A DNA stretch of 28,906 bases, taken from IMG/VR virus record IMGVR_UViG_2548876943_000002, positions 1-28,906 of that record; one strand, 5' to 3'. Of this stretch, positions 18,976 through 27,918 are shown one piece after another (positions within the stretch are counted from its first letter, which is position 1; each line of letters begins with the position of its first letter). This DNA comes from a virus (lineage: Duplodnaviria; Heunggongvirae; Uroviricota; Caudoviricetes). Both the position numbers and the translations under genes were made by a program. The notes beneath the pieces were generated by a model. It saw nothing but the letters and a program-made list of their open reading frames with translations. It had not been told where the DNA came from and ran no database searches.

Positions 18976-19305
18976 CTATTTAATTCTCTTTTCAATGGCT
19001 GCAATTATTGCTTTTCCTGATGTTTCAGGAGATTTTGTAGCCATATAAGACGAAAAAATCATGTCGGTCATTCTTTCATAACTTACTATTTCCCACTTAG
19101 CCAATGCATGGGACAGTTTGTAGTTGTCATCAGTTAGTGCCCTTATGGAATTTTTTAAGTGTTTATTCTCTTCAGTTAATCGCGCAATTTTTGTATCAAT
19201 TTCATGTGAGCGATCTAATTCCTTAACCTGTTTCTTGAGGGCAGCTAACCCTGCATATAGTACGCAACAGGATATCCCAAGAGCGAGTACTACTATTTCT
19301 AACAC
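18976..19305 (-). CDS. Small membrane-anchored coiled-coil protein (109 aa); candidate superinfection-exclusion or accessory protein
   Basis: Minus-strand ORF convergent with gp16-like. N-terminal hydrophobic segment (LEIVVLALGISCCVLYAGLAAL) then charged heptad-like region. Sits where P22 carries sieA, but shows no recognisable similarity. Confidence 0.5.
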   Translation of the reverse strand: MLEIVVLALGISCCVLYAGLAALKKQVKELDRSHEIDTKIARLTEENKHLKNSIRALTDDNYKLSHALAKWEIVSYERMTDMIFSSYMATKSPETSGKAIIAAIEKRIK

Positions 19306-19679
19306 ACCAACCTCCTTAGTTTTTCGCAGGATACCAGATGATACTTTATTGGTGGAGTGGTGTGTGAAAACGTGTCAACGACAAACCATCCACAACTTGG
19401 ACGAATGATTTAGCAAAAAGTGCTATTTTTGGTGTTTGGTGTCATAGAAAAGTGAATAGCTCACTTTTCAACATTGCATGAAACTTGCAGGAAATGTGAC
19501 ATTACCTTATAGGTAACTTCGGCGAAAATGCAGTAAATGTGAAACGTAATGGTTTAAACATGTCGCTAAAGTGGTTGTAAGTTAGCCTCCGAAGGATTGC
19601 TGATAGCTTTGTTATAGTATTAAATGACATTTGACATAGTTGGATACTTAGCTGTGGCTATCAAGATGGAGGTGTGTTC

Positions 19680-20123
19680 ATGCTTACTTGTTTTGATGTC
19701 GCCGACTACTTCCTGTCGCGGTGTGACGAGGATAGCGGTGACACAATCTCTAATTTAAAATTACAAAAGCTTGTTTACTATGCTCAGGGTTTTTCATTGG
19801 CGTTGCTTGGCGAGCCTCTTTTTCAGAATAAGATGGAAGCTTGGATGCATGGCCCTGTTGTCCCTGAGCTTTATCGCCGTTATAAACAATATGGTAATGG
19901 CGCTATCCCTTCTCCAGAGTCTTTTGATGCTGAAAAATTCAGCGAAGAACAGTTAGAGCTATTAGAAGAAGTCTGGGATGTTTTTGGGCAATTTTCTGCC
20001 TGGAAACTGAGGAACATGACACACGAAGAGTCACCATGGAGATCAAACTATATTGAGGGTGTTGGTGGTTCTGAAATTAGCTCTAAGGAGATGGCAGAGT
20101 ACTTTGCAACTCGGATTAACTAA
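19680..20123 (+). CDS. Panacea/DUF4065 (SocA/GepA-like) domain protein; candidate PanA-type antitoxin
   Basis: Motif NLKLQKLVYYAQGFSLALLGEPLFQNKMEAWMHGPVVPELY resembles the DUF4065 (PF13274) signature as recalled. GGAGG RBS 8 nt upstream of ATG 19680 (track's non-ATG start at 19674 rejected). AT-rich moron context. Confidence 0.6.
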   Translation: MLTCFDVADYFLSRCDEDSGDTISNLKLQKLVYYAQGFSLALLGEPLFQNKMEAWMHGPVVPELYRRYKQYGNGAIPSPESFDAEKFSEEQLELLEEVWDVFGQFSAWKLRNMTHEESPWRSNYIEGVGGSEISSKEMAEYFATRIN

Positions 20124-20127
20124 CGAG

Positions 20128-20547
20128 ATGGCAAGAAAATCTAAAAGGATTATCCCCCCTGCTGAATCTACAGGTAAGTTAAAGTTAGGGCCGCAGTCAG
20201 GGGGGAATTCAGATCAAAAGAAACCGAAATTTTCATTCTGTTACATCCAAAGCTCTCACTGCATAACGAAATGCCAAAAAGATGAGAAAGCTGGCTTAGC
20301 TGATAAATTATACAGATTAAGTCAACTAACATGGGCAGAGATTAAGCAGCAAGGTAGGCATAAGCTTGGATTTGAGAAGATTGCAAGGGGTGCAATTAAA
20401 GCAGGTATCCCCAGTCATATAACGGAAGACGTAGATCATTTCTTGGCTTTTAGATTTGATGATTTGAAAGCCATGGTTGGTTATCGTCTTGGATCGACAT
20501 TTTTTGTTATATGGCTTGATAGAGAGTTCAACCTATACAAGCACTAA
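20128..20547 (+). CDS. Uncharacterised 139-aa protein coupled to the Panacea-domain gene; candidate toxin/effector partner
   Basis: Starts 4 nt after the upstream stop. Basic N-terminus (MARKSKRIIPP...), C-terminus GYRLGSTFFVIWLDREFNLYKH. No family recognised. Followed by a strong hairpin terminator. Confidence 0.5.
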   Translation: MARKSKRIIPPAESTGKLKLGPQSGGNSDQKKPKFSFCYIQSSHCITKCQKDEKAGLADKLYRLSQLTWAEIKQQGRHKLGFEKIARGAIKAGIPSHITEDVDHFLAFRFDDLKAMVGYRLGSTFFVIWLDREFNLYKH

Positions 20548-20549
20548 TA

Positions 20550-20576
20550 AAACCCACCGTCAGGTGGGTTTTTTGT
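20550..20576. terminator. Bidirectional intrinsic terminator (AACCCACC-GTCA-GGTGGGTT flanked by A-run and T-run), overlapping the mnt stop codon
   Basis: Perfect 8-bp hairpin with TTTTTT downstream and AATAAAA upstream, read from sequence. Confidence 0.75.
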
Positions 20577-20811
20577 ACAAATCCTTCAGCGTATCAAACA
20601 CCATCTTCTTAACAAGATCTGACTGCTCATCAGCGAGTCGTTCTGCATCGTCACGATATCCAGTCACAGGCGATGGTTTTGATAGAGCATCTTGGACGAT
20701 TTGTAACAACTCGGAGTTCATTGATCTCCCATTCGCCTCCGCCCTGAATTTTAATTTCTCCCTTACTTCCATAGGCATACGGAAGTTAAAGTGCGGATCA
20801 TCTCTAGCCAT
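20560..20811 (-). CDS. mnt: Mnt repressor (immI maintenance repressor)
   Basis: 83 aa; MARDDPHFNFRMPMEVREKLKFRAEANGRSMNSELLQIVQDAL... is near-identical to P22 Mnt as recalled. Confidence 0.9.
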   Translation of the reverse strand: MARDDPHFNFRMPMEVREKLKFRAEANGRSMNSELLQIVQDALSKPSPVTGYRDDAERLADEQSDLVKKMVFDTLKDLYKKPT

Positions 20812-20838
20812 GCCATCACTCCAAGTTAGTGTATTGGC

Positions 20839-20859
20839 ATGATAGAAGCACTCTACTAT
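20839..20859. promoter_or_regulatory. Arc operator (ATGATAGAAGCACTCTACTAT) within the Pant/Pmnt divergent promoter region
   Basis: 21-bp sequence matches the P22 arc operator as recalled from the literature; located between mnt and arc. Confidence 0.75.
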
Positions 20860-20868
20860 ATTCTCAAT

Positions 20869-20885
20869 AGGTCCACGGTGGACCT
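20869..20885. promoter_or_regulatory. Mnt operator (perfect 17-bp palindrome AGGTCCACGGTGGACCT)
   Basis: Perfect palindrome read from sequence; matches the P22 Omnt as recalled. Confidence 0.8.
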
Positions 20886-20901
20886 ATATTGTGAGGTGAA
20901 T

Positions 20902-21063
20902 ATGAAAGGAATGAGCAAGATGCCGCAGTTCAATTTGCGGTGGCCTAAAGAAGTATTGGATTTGGTACGCAAGGTGGCGGAAGAGAATGGTCGGTCTGTT
21001 AACTCTGAGATTTATCAGAGAGTAATGGAAAGCTTTAAGAAGGAAGGGCGCATTGGCGCGTAA
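20902..21063 (+). CDS. arc: Arc repressor (ribbon-helix-helix)
   Basis: [53 protein letters not shown] is near-identical to P22 Arc (53 aa). The track ORF starting at 20839 is an upstream extension through the operator. Confidence 0.9.
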   Translation: MKGMSKMPQFNLRWPKEVLDLVRKVAEENGRSVNSEIYQRVMESFKKEGRIGA

Positions 21064-21131
21064 AGTGGAAGCCCCAACTGCGGGAACAGTCAGGGCTTCG
21101 GTTGTCAGTAAATCCGTGGAGAAAAACCAAC
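21064..21131 (-). ncRNA. sar: Expected location of sar-like antisense RNA (arc-ant intercistronic region); inferred by position only
   Basis: In P22 a small antisense RNA (sar) is transcribed leftward across the ant RBS. Here the arc-ant spacer contains an imperfect hairpin (GAAGCCC...GGGCTTC). Exact ends not determinable. Confidence 0.3.
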
Positions 21132-22034
21132 ATGAATAGTATAGCAATTTTAGAAGCAGTGAACACCTCTTACGTACCATTCAACGGTCAGCAAATTATC
21201 ACCGCCATGGCTGCCGGAGTTGCATACGTTGCGATGAAGCCAATCGTTGAAAACCTTGGAATGAGTTGGGGTACTCAGCAACAAAAACTTATGAAACAAC
21301 TAGATAAGTTCAACTGTATTCATATGAATATGGTTGCCGCTGATGGGAAGCTTCGTAAGCTACTCTGCCTTCCTTTGAAGAAGTTAAATGGATGGCTGTT
21401 CAGCATCAACCCTGAGAAAGTTCGAGCTGACATCCGCGATAAACTGATTCAGTACCAGGAAGAATGCTTTACTGTACTGCATGACTACTGGACAAAGGGA
21501 AAGGCAGAAAATGCACGTAAGAAAACATCTGTTGATGACAGGACTCCGCTTCGTGATGCTGTAAATATGCTAGTCAGCAAAAAGCATCTAATGTACCCAG
21601 AAGCTTACGCAATGATTCATCAGCGTTTCAATGTGGAAAGTATTGAAGAGCTTGATGCATCTCAGATACCGCAAGCCGTAGAGTACATCCACAGGGTAGT
21701 GCTTGAAGGTGAGTTCATCGGCAAACAAGAGAAGAAAACCAACGAGCTTTCTGCAAAAGAAGCAAGCAGCCTTGTATGGCTATGGGATTATGCCAACCGC
21801 TCACAGGCATTATTCCGCGAACTGTATCCGGCGCTGAAACAAATTCAATCGAACTATTCCGGCAGATGTCATGACTGCGGTTATGAGTTCTCCCGTATTA
21901 TCGATATAGCGAGAGACGTTTTAATCAATCACTCACGAGATGTTGATATCAATGAGCCAGACGGACCAACGAATCTTTCCGCATGGATGAGACTTAAGAA
22001 TAAAGAATTACCTCCTTCAGTACATAACTACTGA
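21132..22034 (+). CDS. ant: Antirepressor Ant
   Basis: 300 aa; N-terminus [49 protein letters not shown] matches P22 Ant as recalled. ATG 21132 chosen over the track start at 21102. Confidence 0.85.
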   Translation: MNSIAILEAVNTSYVPFNGQQIITAMAAGVAYVAMKPIVENLGMSWGTQQQKLMKQLDKFNCIHMNMVAADGKLRKLLCLPLKKLNGWLFSINPEKVRADIRDKLIQYQEECFTVLHDYWTKGKAENARKKTSVDDRTPLRDAVNMLVSKKHLMYPEAYAMIHQRFNVESIEELDASQIPQAVEYIHRVVLEGEFIGKQEKKTNELSAKEASSLVWLWDYANRSQALFRELYPALKQIQSNYSGRCHDCGYEFSRIIDIARDVLINHSRDVDINEPDGPTNLSAWMRLKNKELPPSVHNY

Positions 22035-22052
22035 CAGATAACCAACGCAACG

Positions 22053-22077
22053 ACCCAGCTTCGGCTGGGTTTTTTTA
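22053..22077 (+). terminator. Intrinsic terminator after ant (CCCAGC-TTCG-GCTGGG then TTTTTTT)
   Basis: Hairpin plus T-run read from sequence. Confidence 0.75.
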
Positions 22078-22134
22078 TGCCCAAAATTCACCGTAGCCAT
22101 GCTGCGGCGATTCCTTGTATCTGGAGCAAATTAA

Positions 22135-24165
22135 ATGACAGATTCAATAAATGCCAATGTTGTAGTAAGTATGCCATCGCAACTCTTCACTATGGCTCGT
22201 TCTTTTAAAGCCGTAGCCAATGGTAAAATTTATATTGGTAAAATTGACACTGACCCGGTAAATCCAGAAAACCAGATTCAGGTTTATGTGGAGAACGAAG
22301 ACGGTTCTCACGTTCCTGTTTCGCAACCAATCATCATTAACGCTGCTGGATATCCGGTATATAACGGACAGATTGCCAAGTTTGTAACTGTGCAAGGCCA
22401 TTCTATGGCTGTTTATGATGCGTACGGTGTGCAGCAGTTCTATTTTCCGAATGTGCTGAAGTATGATCCAGATCAGTTCTCCATAGATTTCCCTCAGCAA
22501 CTTTCTCAATTAGGGTTATATGTAAATGATGACAGCAAGGGAGATGCAATGATAGGTGTTAAGCAGCCTATCACTGGGTCAATTCATCGTACACAGCACG
22601 ATGTAAACTATGAAAGAATTAGCGCTTTTGACCTTGGAGTGAAGGGGGATGGAGTTACTGATGATGTAACTGCAATTAGAGAAGCACTAATCACTGCAGC
22701 AACAGCAAGACGTTCCATCCATTTCCCTGATGGCGTCTATTTATGCAGTGACTTTTTTTCAATACCAAGCCACTCAAGGATCTATTGTGACCCCGGTGCA
22801 GTTTTTAAACTTACAGGTAGTACTAGCCTTGGTGGATTCGCTGTAACAGGCCTCAATAATCAGGTGCAGACAGAGCTATGTGAAGATGTTGTTACGTATA
22901 ACATGACGCTTGATTGCAATAAAATATCAGGTGAAAACGGAATGAATGGCGTGACATGTAGGAACATACGTCACTACAACCTTACAGTCATTAATACTCT
23001 TCACAACGCAGAATCAAGAGGAGGAAGGGCCTTTCAATGCGAAGGGGGGATTTCATCTGATGTCCATGTTTTTAACTTTGTAATTAAAAATTGCTCTATA
23101 GGTGTAAATTATCAAGGGCTACCAGATGCATCTCAAAAGGTTGCAGCATTCAGCTTTCACGGTGTAGCAATGGAGAACGTAGATGTTCCGTTCTGTATTT
23201 ATTCACAAATATCTAACCCTGAGTCAAACACACCAGAAATTATGAGTGTAGCTGCGTTTGATGTAAGTTGCCATAACTGCGGAAAAATCACTGGTGGATA
23301 TGGTGATCAACTTGGTGCTGGAATAATATGTGGCGATAGAGGTTATGGGCTATTTATAGATGGTATTCGAGTGGTTAACGAATCATCGTATGGAGGGATT
23401 GGAGCTTTTATAAGGGGGCAAATGTTTGGCGTATCAATAAACAACGCTGACATTTATTGCATTTACGCTGTTTCAGTAATAGATCATAACAAGATAGGGT
23501 TTGATGACGCCGCTGTTAATACAGTTCCTTCAAGCGTTAGAGTTAGAAATTTAAATGTATCAAGTAATTTGGATTTTATAGTTCGAGCCCCTGACTCTTC
23601 GGCTATTGGTAACTCAACAGTTGACGTGTCTGTAAACATAACAAGAGCATCACTAAATCAATTATTTGATTCTGGCGCAGGAGGAAGCGCTTCCGCAGTT
23701 ATTAATATATCTGACTCTTTGACTGGTAAGTCATCAGGATTTAGAACGTTAAAAAATATTTTTGATGCTGGTAATTCTATTGGTTTACTATCTAGATATG
23801 ATGCTGGCGGAAGCTGGGTCCCAATAGACGGTAGTGGTGCAGGAATTGCAATATTATTAACAGGACAGCAAAAATATACAAAAGCAGGTGAGGTTGTTCA
23901 CTTTTATATGAACATCATATACCCAGTGAACGATAACACAAACGACGCTGTTATCTCTGGATTGCCTTTTAACTCTGTACCGTTTGTTTCTCAATTTGCA
24001 GGAGCGGCATCAATAGCGATTAAGTCATCATCAATGTTATCAACTGTAGGGATTCTTCCTGGTGGTGATAAGCTGAAATTCTATGGTACAACTGGTGCCC
24101 CACTAACTAACAGAGACATGTCAGGCGTTAGTGTTGCTGTTTTCGGATCATATATTTCAGAATAG
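22135..24165 (+). CDS. Tailspike protein: P22-like N-terminal head-binding domain fused to a divergent beta-helix (pectate-lyase-like) receptor-binding/depolymerase domain
   Basis: N-terminal about 115 aa (…[39 protein letters not shown]…[10 protein letters not shown]) matches the P22 gp9 head-binding domain as recalled. Downstream [21 protein letters not shown] resembles Pectate_lyase_3-type beta-helix motifs. Lower GC in the 3' two-thirds. Confidence 0.85.
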   Translation: MTDSINANVVVSMPSQLFTMARSFKAVANGKIYIGKIDTDPVNPENQIQVYVENEDGSHVPVSQPIIINAAGYPVYNGQIAKFVTVQGHSMAVYDAYGVQQFYFPNVLKYDPDQFSIDFPQQLSQLGLYVNDDSKGDAMIGVKQPITGSIHRTQHDVNYERISAFDLGVKGDGVTDDVTAIREALITAATARRSIHFPDGVYLCSDFFSIPSHSRIYCDPGAVFKLTGSTSLGGFAVTGLNNQVQTELCEDVVTYNMTLDCNKISGENGMNGVTCRNIRHYNLTVINTLHNAESRGGRAFQCEGGISSDVHVFNFVIKNCSIGVNYQGLPDASQKVAAFSFHGVAMENVDVPFCIYSQISNPESNTPEIMSVAAFDVSCHNCGKITGGYGDQLGAGIICGDRGYGLFIDGIRVVNESSYGGIGAFIRGQMFGVSINNADIYCIYAVSVIDHNKIGFDDAAVNTVPSSVRVRNLNVSSNLDFIVRAPDSSAIGNSTVDVSVNITRASLNQLFDSGAGGSASAVINISDSLTGKSSGFRTLKNIFDAGNSIGLLSRYDAGGSWVPIDGSGAGIAILLTGQQKYTKAGEVVHFYMNIIYPVNDNTNDAVISGLPFNSVPFVSQFAGAASIAIKSSSMLSTVGILPGGDKLKFYGTTGAPLTNRDMSGVSVAVFGSYISE

Positions 24166-24204
24166 AAGAAAAATATATTTAAATTGGTGCAAAAACTTGG
24201 ACGC

Positions 24205-24236
24205 ACAAAGCTTTGTACTGGATTACAAAGCTTTGT
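24205..24236. repeat. Two perfect 12-bp palindromes ACAAAGCTTTGT with 20-bp centre-to-centre spacing, about 40 bp downstream of the tailspike stop
   Basis: Read directly from sequence at 24205-24216 and 24225-24236. Confidence 0.8.
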
Positions 24237-24896
24237 GTCATTCGATAGTTAAGGTGGTCACTCCACCTTTTCATCAATCCAGTCAGCCCACCATTGCATC
24301 ATTTCTCTGCACTTAATGTAGCGGATGCCTCACTATCACATAGTGATGGTTCATTACTGCTTTGTAGAATGGATAGAGAACTGAGGATAAAAAGATATCC
24401 CAAAACCCCAAAATCTCATCTTTAGGATTGCAGAAAGGGAGGCGTGAACAGATACCTGCGCATGAAGACGGAACCAGTCCAGATGTGATATTTGTGGTGA
24501 TCACATACATCATCAACGATGCTCGTTATGGTGAGTTTGATGACTACCCGCTGAAGTGAAAATAGTGTTGTGTACCAAATTGCGTACCAAACTAAAATCA
24601 CAAATCATGAAACCCTTGTTCATGGCGGTTCTCAGGGGTATTGCGCGTAATCGTGAAACAAAAAGGTAGATTGTTGCTTACCGTCATTCATCATTAGGTT
24701 AAATCCGTTATTTCTGCTGTCTGCCAGAGTATCAAATATCACCGTGCTAATCAGCTTTAGCGCAACAATTTGACAGCGAGTGGCAACAGATCATGTCAGA
24801 TAAAAATGAGAGAGTAGTCACATTTTCTTGCACTTTATTCCAGCCAGTTCATAAGTATTTCCGTAAAAAGAACAGCTATTTGAAACTCCTGAGGGT

Positions 24897-26069
24897 TTGC
24901 TGTTGAAACGCCGTCTTATTATTGCTGCTTCTTTGTTCGTTTTTAACTTATCGTCTGGTTTTGCGGCGGAAAACATTCCTTTTTCACCTCAGCCTCCACA
25001 GATTCATGCCGGGTCCTGGGTACTGATGGATTACACCACCGGTCAGATCCTCACCGCGGGTAATGAGCATCAACAGCGCAATCCCGCCAGCCTGACAAAG
25101 CTGATGACGGGTTATGTCGTGGATCGCGCTATCGATAGTCATCGCATTACGCCAGACGATATTGTCACCGTGGGGCGCGATGCGTGGGCGAAAGATAATC
25201 CGGTGTTTGTCGGTTCTTCACTGATGTTTTTGAAAGAGGGCGATCGCGTATCGGTACGTGATTTAAGCCGTGGTTTAATTGTGGATTCCGGAAATGACGC
25301 TTGTGTTGCTCTGGCTGACTATATTGCCGGTGGGCAACGGCAGTTTGTTGAAATGATGAACAACTATGCCGAGAAGCTGCATCTCAAGGATACGCATTTT
25401 GAAACAGTGCATGGTCTGGATGCACCTGGCCAGCATAGCTCGGCTTATGATTTAGCTGTGCTTTCTCGCGCTATCATCCACGGCGAGCCCGAGTTTTATC
25501 ATATGTACAGTGAGAAAAGTCTCACCTGGAACGGTATCACCCAGCAAAACCGTAACGGGTTGTTGTGGGATAAAACCATGAATGTTGACGGCCTGAAAAC
25601 GGGTCATACTTCTGGTGCCGGGTTTAATCTCATTGCTTCGGCTGTAGATGGGCAGCGTCGTCTCATTGCAGTGGTAATGGGGGCTGACAGTGCAAAAGGT
25701 CGTGAGGAAGAGGCAAGAAAATTACTGCGTTGGGGGCAACAAAACTTTACTACGGTGCAAATTTTGCACCGTGGGAAAAAGGTCGGAACGGAACGCATCT
25801 GGTATGGCGATAAAGAAAATATCGACCTGGGAACGGAACAAGAGTTCTGGATGGTGCTACCGAAAGCCGAAATTCCACATATCAAAGCCAAATATACCCT
25901 TGATGGTAAAGAGCTCACCGCGCCAATTAACGCCCATCAGCGGGTAGGGGAAATTGAACTTTACGACCGTGATAAACAGGTGGCGCACTGGCCGCTGGTT
26001 ACCCTGGAATCTGTCGGGGAAGGCGGCATGTTTTCCCGCCTGAGTGATTATTTCCACCATAAGGCCTGA
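24897..26069 (+). CDS. dacD: D-alanyl-D-alanine carboxypeptidase DacD (PBP6b); TTG start as in the ORF track
   Basis: Protein recognised as E. coli DacD from memory (signal peptide, SxxK motif in NPASLTKLMTGY, SGN motif in DSGNDA). Confidence 0.85.
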   Translation: MLLKRRLIIAASLFVFNLSSGFAAENIPFSPQPPQIHAGSWVLMDYTTGQILTAGNEHQQRNPASLTKLMTGYVVDRAIDSHRITPDDIVTVGRDAWAKDNPVFVGSSLMFLKEGDRVSVRDLSRGLIVDSGNDACVALADYIAGGQRQFVEMMNNYAEKLHLKDTHFETVHGLDAPGQHSSAYDLAVLSRAIIHGEPEFYHMYSEKSLTWNGITQQNRNGLLWDKTMNVDGLKTGHTSGAGFNLIASAVDGQRRLIAVVMGADSAKGREEEARKLLRWGQQNFTTVQILHRGKKVGTERIWYGDKENIDLGTEQEFWMVLPKAEIPHIKAKYTLDGKELTAPINAHQRVGEIELYDRDKQVAHWPLVTLESVGEGGMFSRLSDYFHHKA

Positions 26070-26155
26070 CCTTTCTTTTGCAGCAGACTGGCAGGAGTGC
26101 GAGTCTGCTCGCATAATCAACACTCATTCCTTGTGGTTTTAATTTTGCAACTATA

Positions 26156-26171
26156 CTGTATATAAAAACAG
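26156..26171. promoter_or_regulatory. LexA box (CTGTATATAAAAACAG) upstream of sbmC
   Basis: Perfect CTG-N10-CAG SOS box read from sequence about 17 nt upstream of the sbmC start. sbmC is a known SOS-regulated gene. Confidence 0.8.
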
Positions 26172-26187
26172 TGTTAATGGAGGCGTC

Positions 26188-26661
26188 ATGAACTACGAGA
26201 TTAAGCAGGAAGAGAAACGTACCGTTGCAGGTTTCCATCTCGTTGGTCCGTGGGAACAGACGGTAAAGAAAGGCTTTGAGCAGTTGATGATGTGGGTAGA
26301 TAACAAAAATATTGTGCCGAAGGAGTGGGTTGCTGTCTATTACGACAATCCAGATGAAACACCCGCCGAAAAATTACGCTGCGACACCGTTGTGACGGTA
26401 CCGAATAACTTTACGCTCCCCGAAAACAGTGAGGGCGTTATTCTGACAGAAATTTCAGGTGGTCAGTATGCGGTTGCGGTGGCTCGTGTAGTCGGTGATG
26501 ATTTTGCTAAACCCTGGTATCAGTTCTTTAATAGCCTCTTGCAGGACAGTGCTTATGAAATGTTACCAAAGCCCTGCTTCGAGGTTTATTTGAACAATGG
26601 CGCGGAAGATGGGTACTGGGATATCGAAATGTATGTTGCGGTGCAGCCAAAACATCACTAA
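26188..26661 (+). CDS. sbmC: DNA gyrase inhibitor SbmC (GyrI)
   Basis: 157 aa; recognised as E. coli SbmC from memory ([26 protein letters not shown]...). Confidence 0.85.
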   Translation: MNYEIKQEEKRTVAGFHLVGPWEQTVKKGFEQLMMWVDNKNIVPKEWVAVYYDNPDETPAEKLRCDTVVTVPNNFTLPENSEGVILTEISGGQYAVAVARVVGDDFAKPWYQFFNSLLQDSAYEMLPKPCFEVYLNNGAEDGYWDIEMYVAVQPKHH

Positions 26662-26859
26662 TTCATCTCAGGGCGGTGTGTTAACGCGATGACCACTCTT
26701 TTTTTTGAAAGCGAAAAGAGTAAGATGCGCCTTTCAATTTTTTCGCTCCTGCCGGGAAATTACACTGTTCCCGGTATGTCCGTCGGATAACTCAGAGGCG
26801 CGCCTTCTGGCCGACAGATGTGTTATGAGCGCTTTTAATCTTCATTACGGAGTTTCTGC

Positions 26860-27918
26860 GTGCGTGCCGATAAGTCATTAAGCCCGTTTGAAATCCGGGT
26901 ATACCGCCATTACCGCATTGTGCATGGTACTCGGGTCGCGCTGGCATTCCTGCTCACTTTTCTCATTATCCGCCTGTTTACTATCCCGGAAAGCACCTGG
27001 CCGCTGGTCACCATGGTGGTGATTATGGGGCCAATCTCGTTCTGGGGTAACGTTGTCCCTCGCGCCTTTGAGCGTATTGGCGGTACGGTGTTGGGTTCGA
27101 TTTTAGGTCTTATCGCTCTGCAACTGGAGTTAATCTCGTTACCGCTGATGTTAGTCTGGTGCGCGGCGGCCATGTTCCTTTGCGGTTGGCTGGCGCTGGG
27201 CAAGAAACCGTATCAAGGTTTATTGATTGGGGTGACGCTGGCAATTGTTGTTGGTTCCCCGACAGGTGAAATTGATACGGCGTTATGGCGAAGCGGCGAT
27301 GTGATCCTCGGCTCTTTACTGGCAATGTTGTTTACCGGTATCTGGCCACAACGGGCGTTCATCCACTGGCGCATTCAACTGGCGAAAAGTCTGACCGAGT
27401 ATAATCGGGTCTATCAATCTGCATTCTCACCGAACTTACTCGAACGCCCACGTCTGGAAAGCCATCTACAAAAACTCCTGACCGATGCCGTGAAAATGCG
27501 TGGGCTGATTGCGCCCGCCAGCAAAGAAACCCGTATTCCAAAATCGATATATGAAGGTATCCAGACCATTAACCGCAATCTGGTTTGTATGCTGGAGTTG
27601 CAAATCAATGCGTACTGGGCCACGCGCCCCAGCCATTTCGTGTTATTGAACGCGCAAAAACTTCGTGATACCCAGCACATGATGCAGCAAATACTGCTGA
27701 GCCTTGTTCATGCGCTGTACGAAGGTAATCCGCAGCCGGTTTTTGCCAATACGGAAAAATTGAACGATGCTGTGGAAGAGCTGCGTCAGTTGCTCAATAA
27801 CCACCATGACCTGAAGGTAGTGGAAACACCAATCTATGGTTATGTGTGGCTGAACATGGAAACGGCGCATCAGCTTGAGTTGCTATCGAATCTGATTTGC
27901 CGGGCCTTGCGCAAATAA
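26860..27918 (+). CDS. yeeA: Inner-membrane protein YeeA (FUSC-family-like), GTG start
   Basis: 352 aa with multiple TM helices in the N-terminal half; recognised as E. coli YeeA from memory. Confidence 0.8.
   Translation: MRADKSLSPFEIRVYRHYRIVHGTRVALAFLLTFLIIRLFTIPESTWPLVTMVVIMGPISFWGNVVPRAFERIGGTVLGSILGLIALQLELISLPLMLVWCAAAMFLCGWLALGKKPYQGLLIGVTLAIVVGSPTGEIDTALWRSGDVILGSLLAMLFTGIWPQRAFIHWRIQLAKSLTEYNRVYQSAFSPNLLERPRLESHLQKLLTDAVKMRGLIAPASKETRIPKSIYEGIQTINRNLVCMLELQINAYWATRPSHFVLLNAQKLRDTQHMMQQILLSLVHALYEGNPQPVFANTEKLNDAVEELRQLLNNHHDLKVVETPIYGYVWLNMETAHQLELLSNLICRALRK

Larger units (their letters stand above)
1..24560. mobile_element. Partial prophage, right arm of a P22/Sf6-like lambdoid podovirus: nin region, Q, lysis, morphogenesis, immI, tailspike. 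Left end is outside the window; right boundary is approximate.
   Basis: Contiguous synteny of recognisable phage genes in canonical lambdoid/P22 order, followed by host core genes from 24897. The exact right junction cannot be set without the left end. Confidence 0.85.

Noticed and set aside
20053-20547. Track ORF of 164 aa beginning inside the Panacea-domain gene
   Set aside because: Its N-terminal part overlaps the upstream gene in another frame; the internal ATG at 20128, 4 nt after the upstream stop, is the more plausible start.
20477-20842. Plus-strand 121-aa ORF overlapping mnt
   Set aside because: Antisense to mnt, whose protein is near-identical to P22 Mnt; it also runs through the terminator hairpin.
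24313-24516. Minus-strand 67-aa ORF in the tailspike-dacD spacer
   Set aside because: No RBS or homology, odd composition; the region is more likely att or intergenic DNA.
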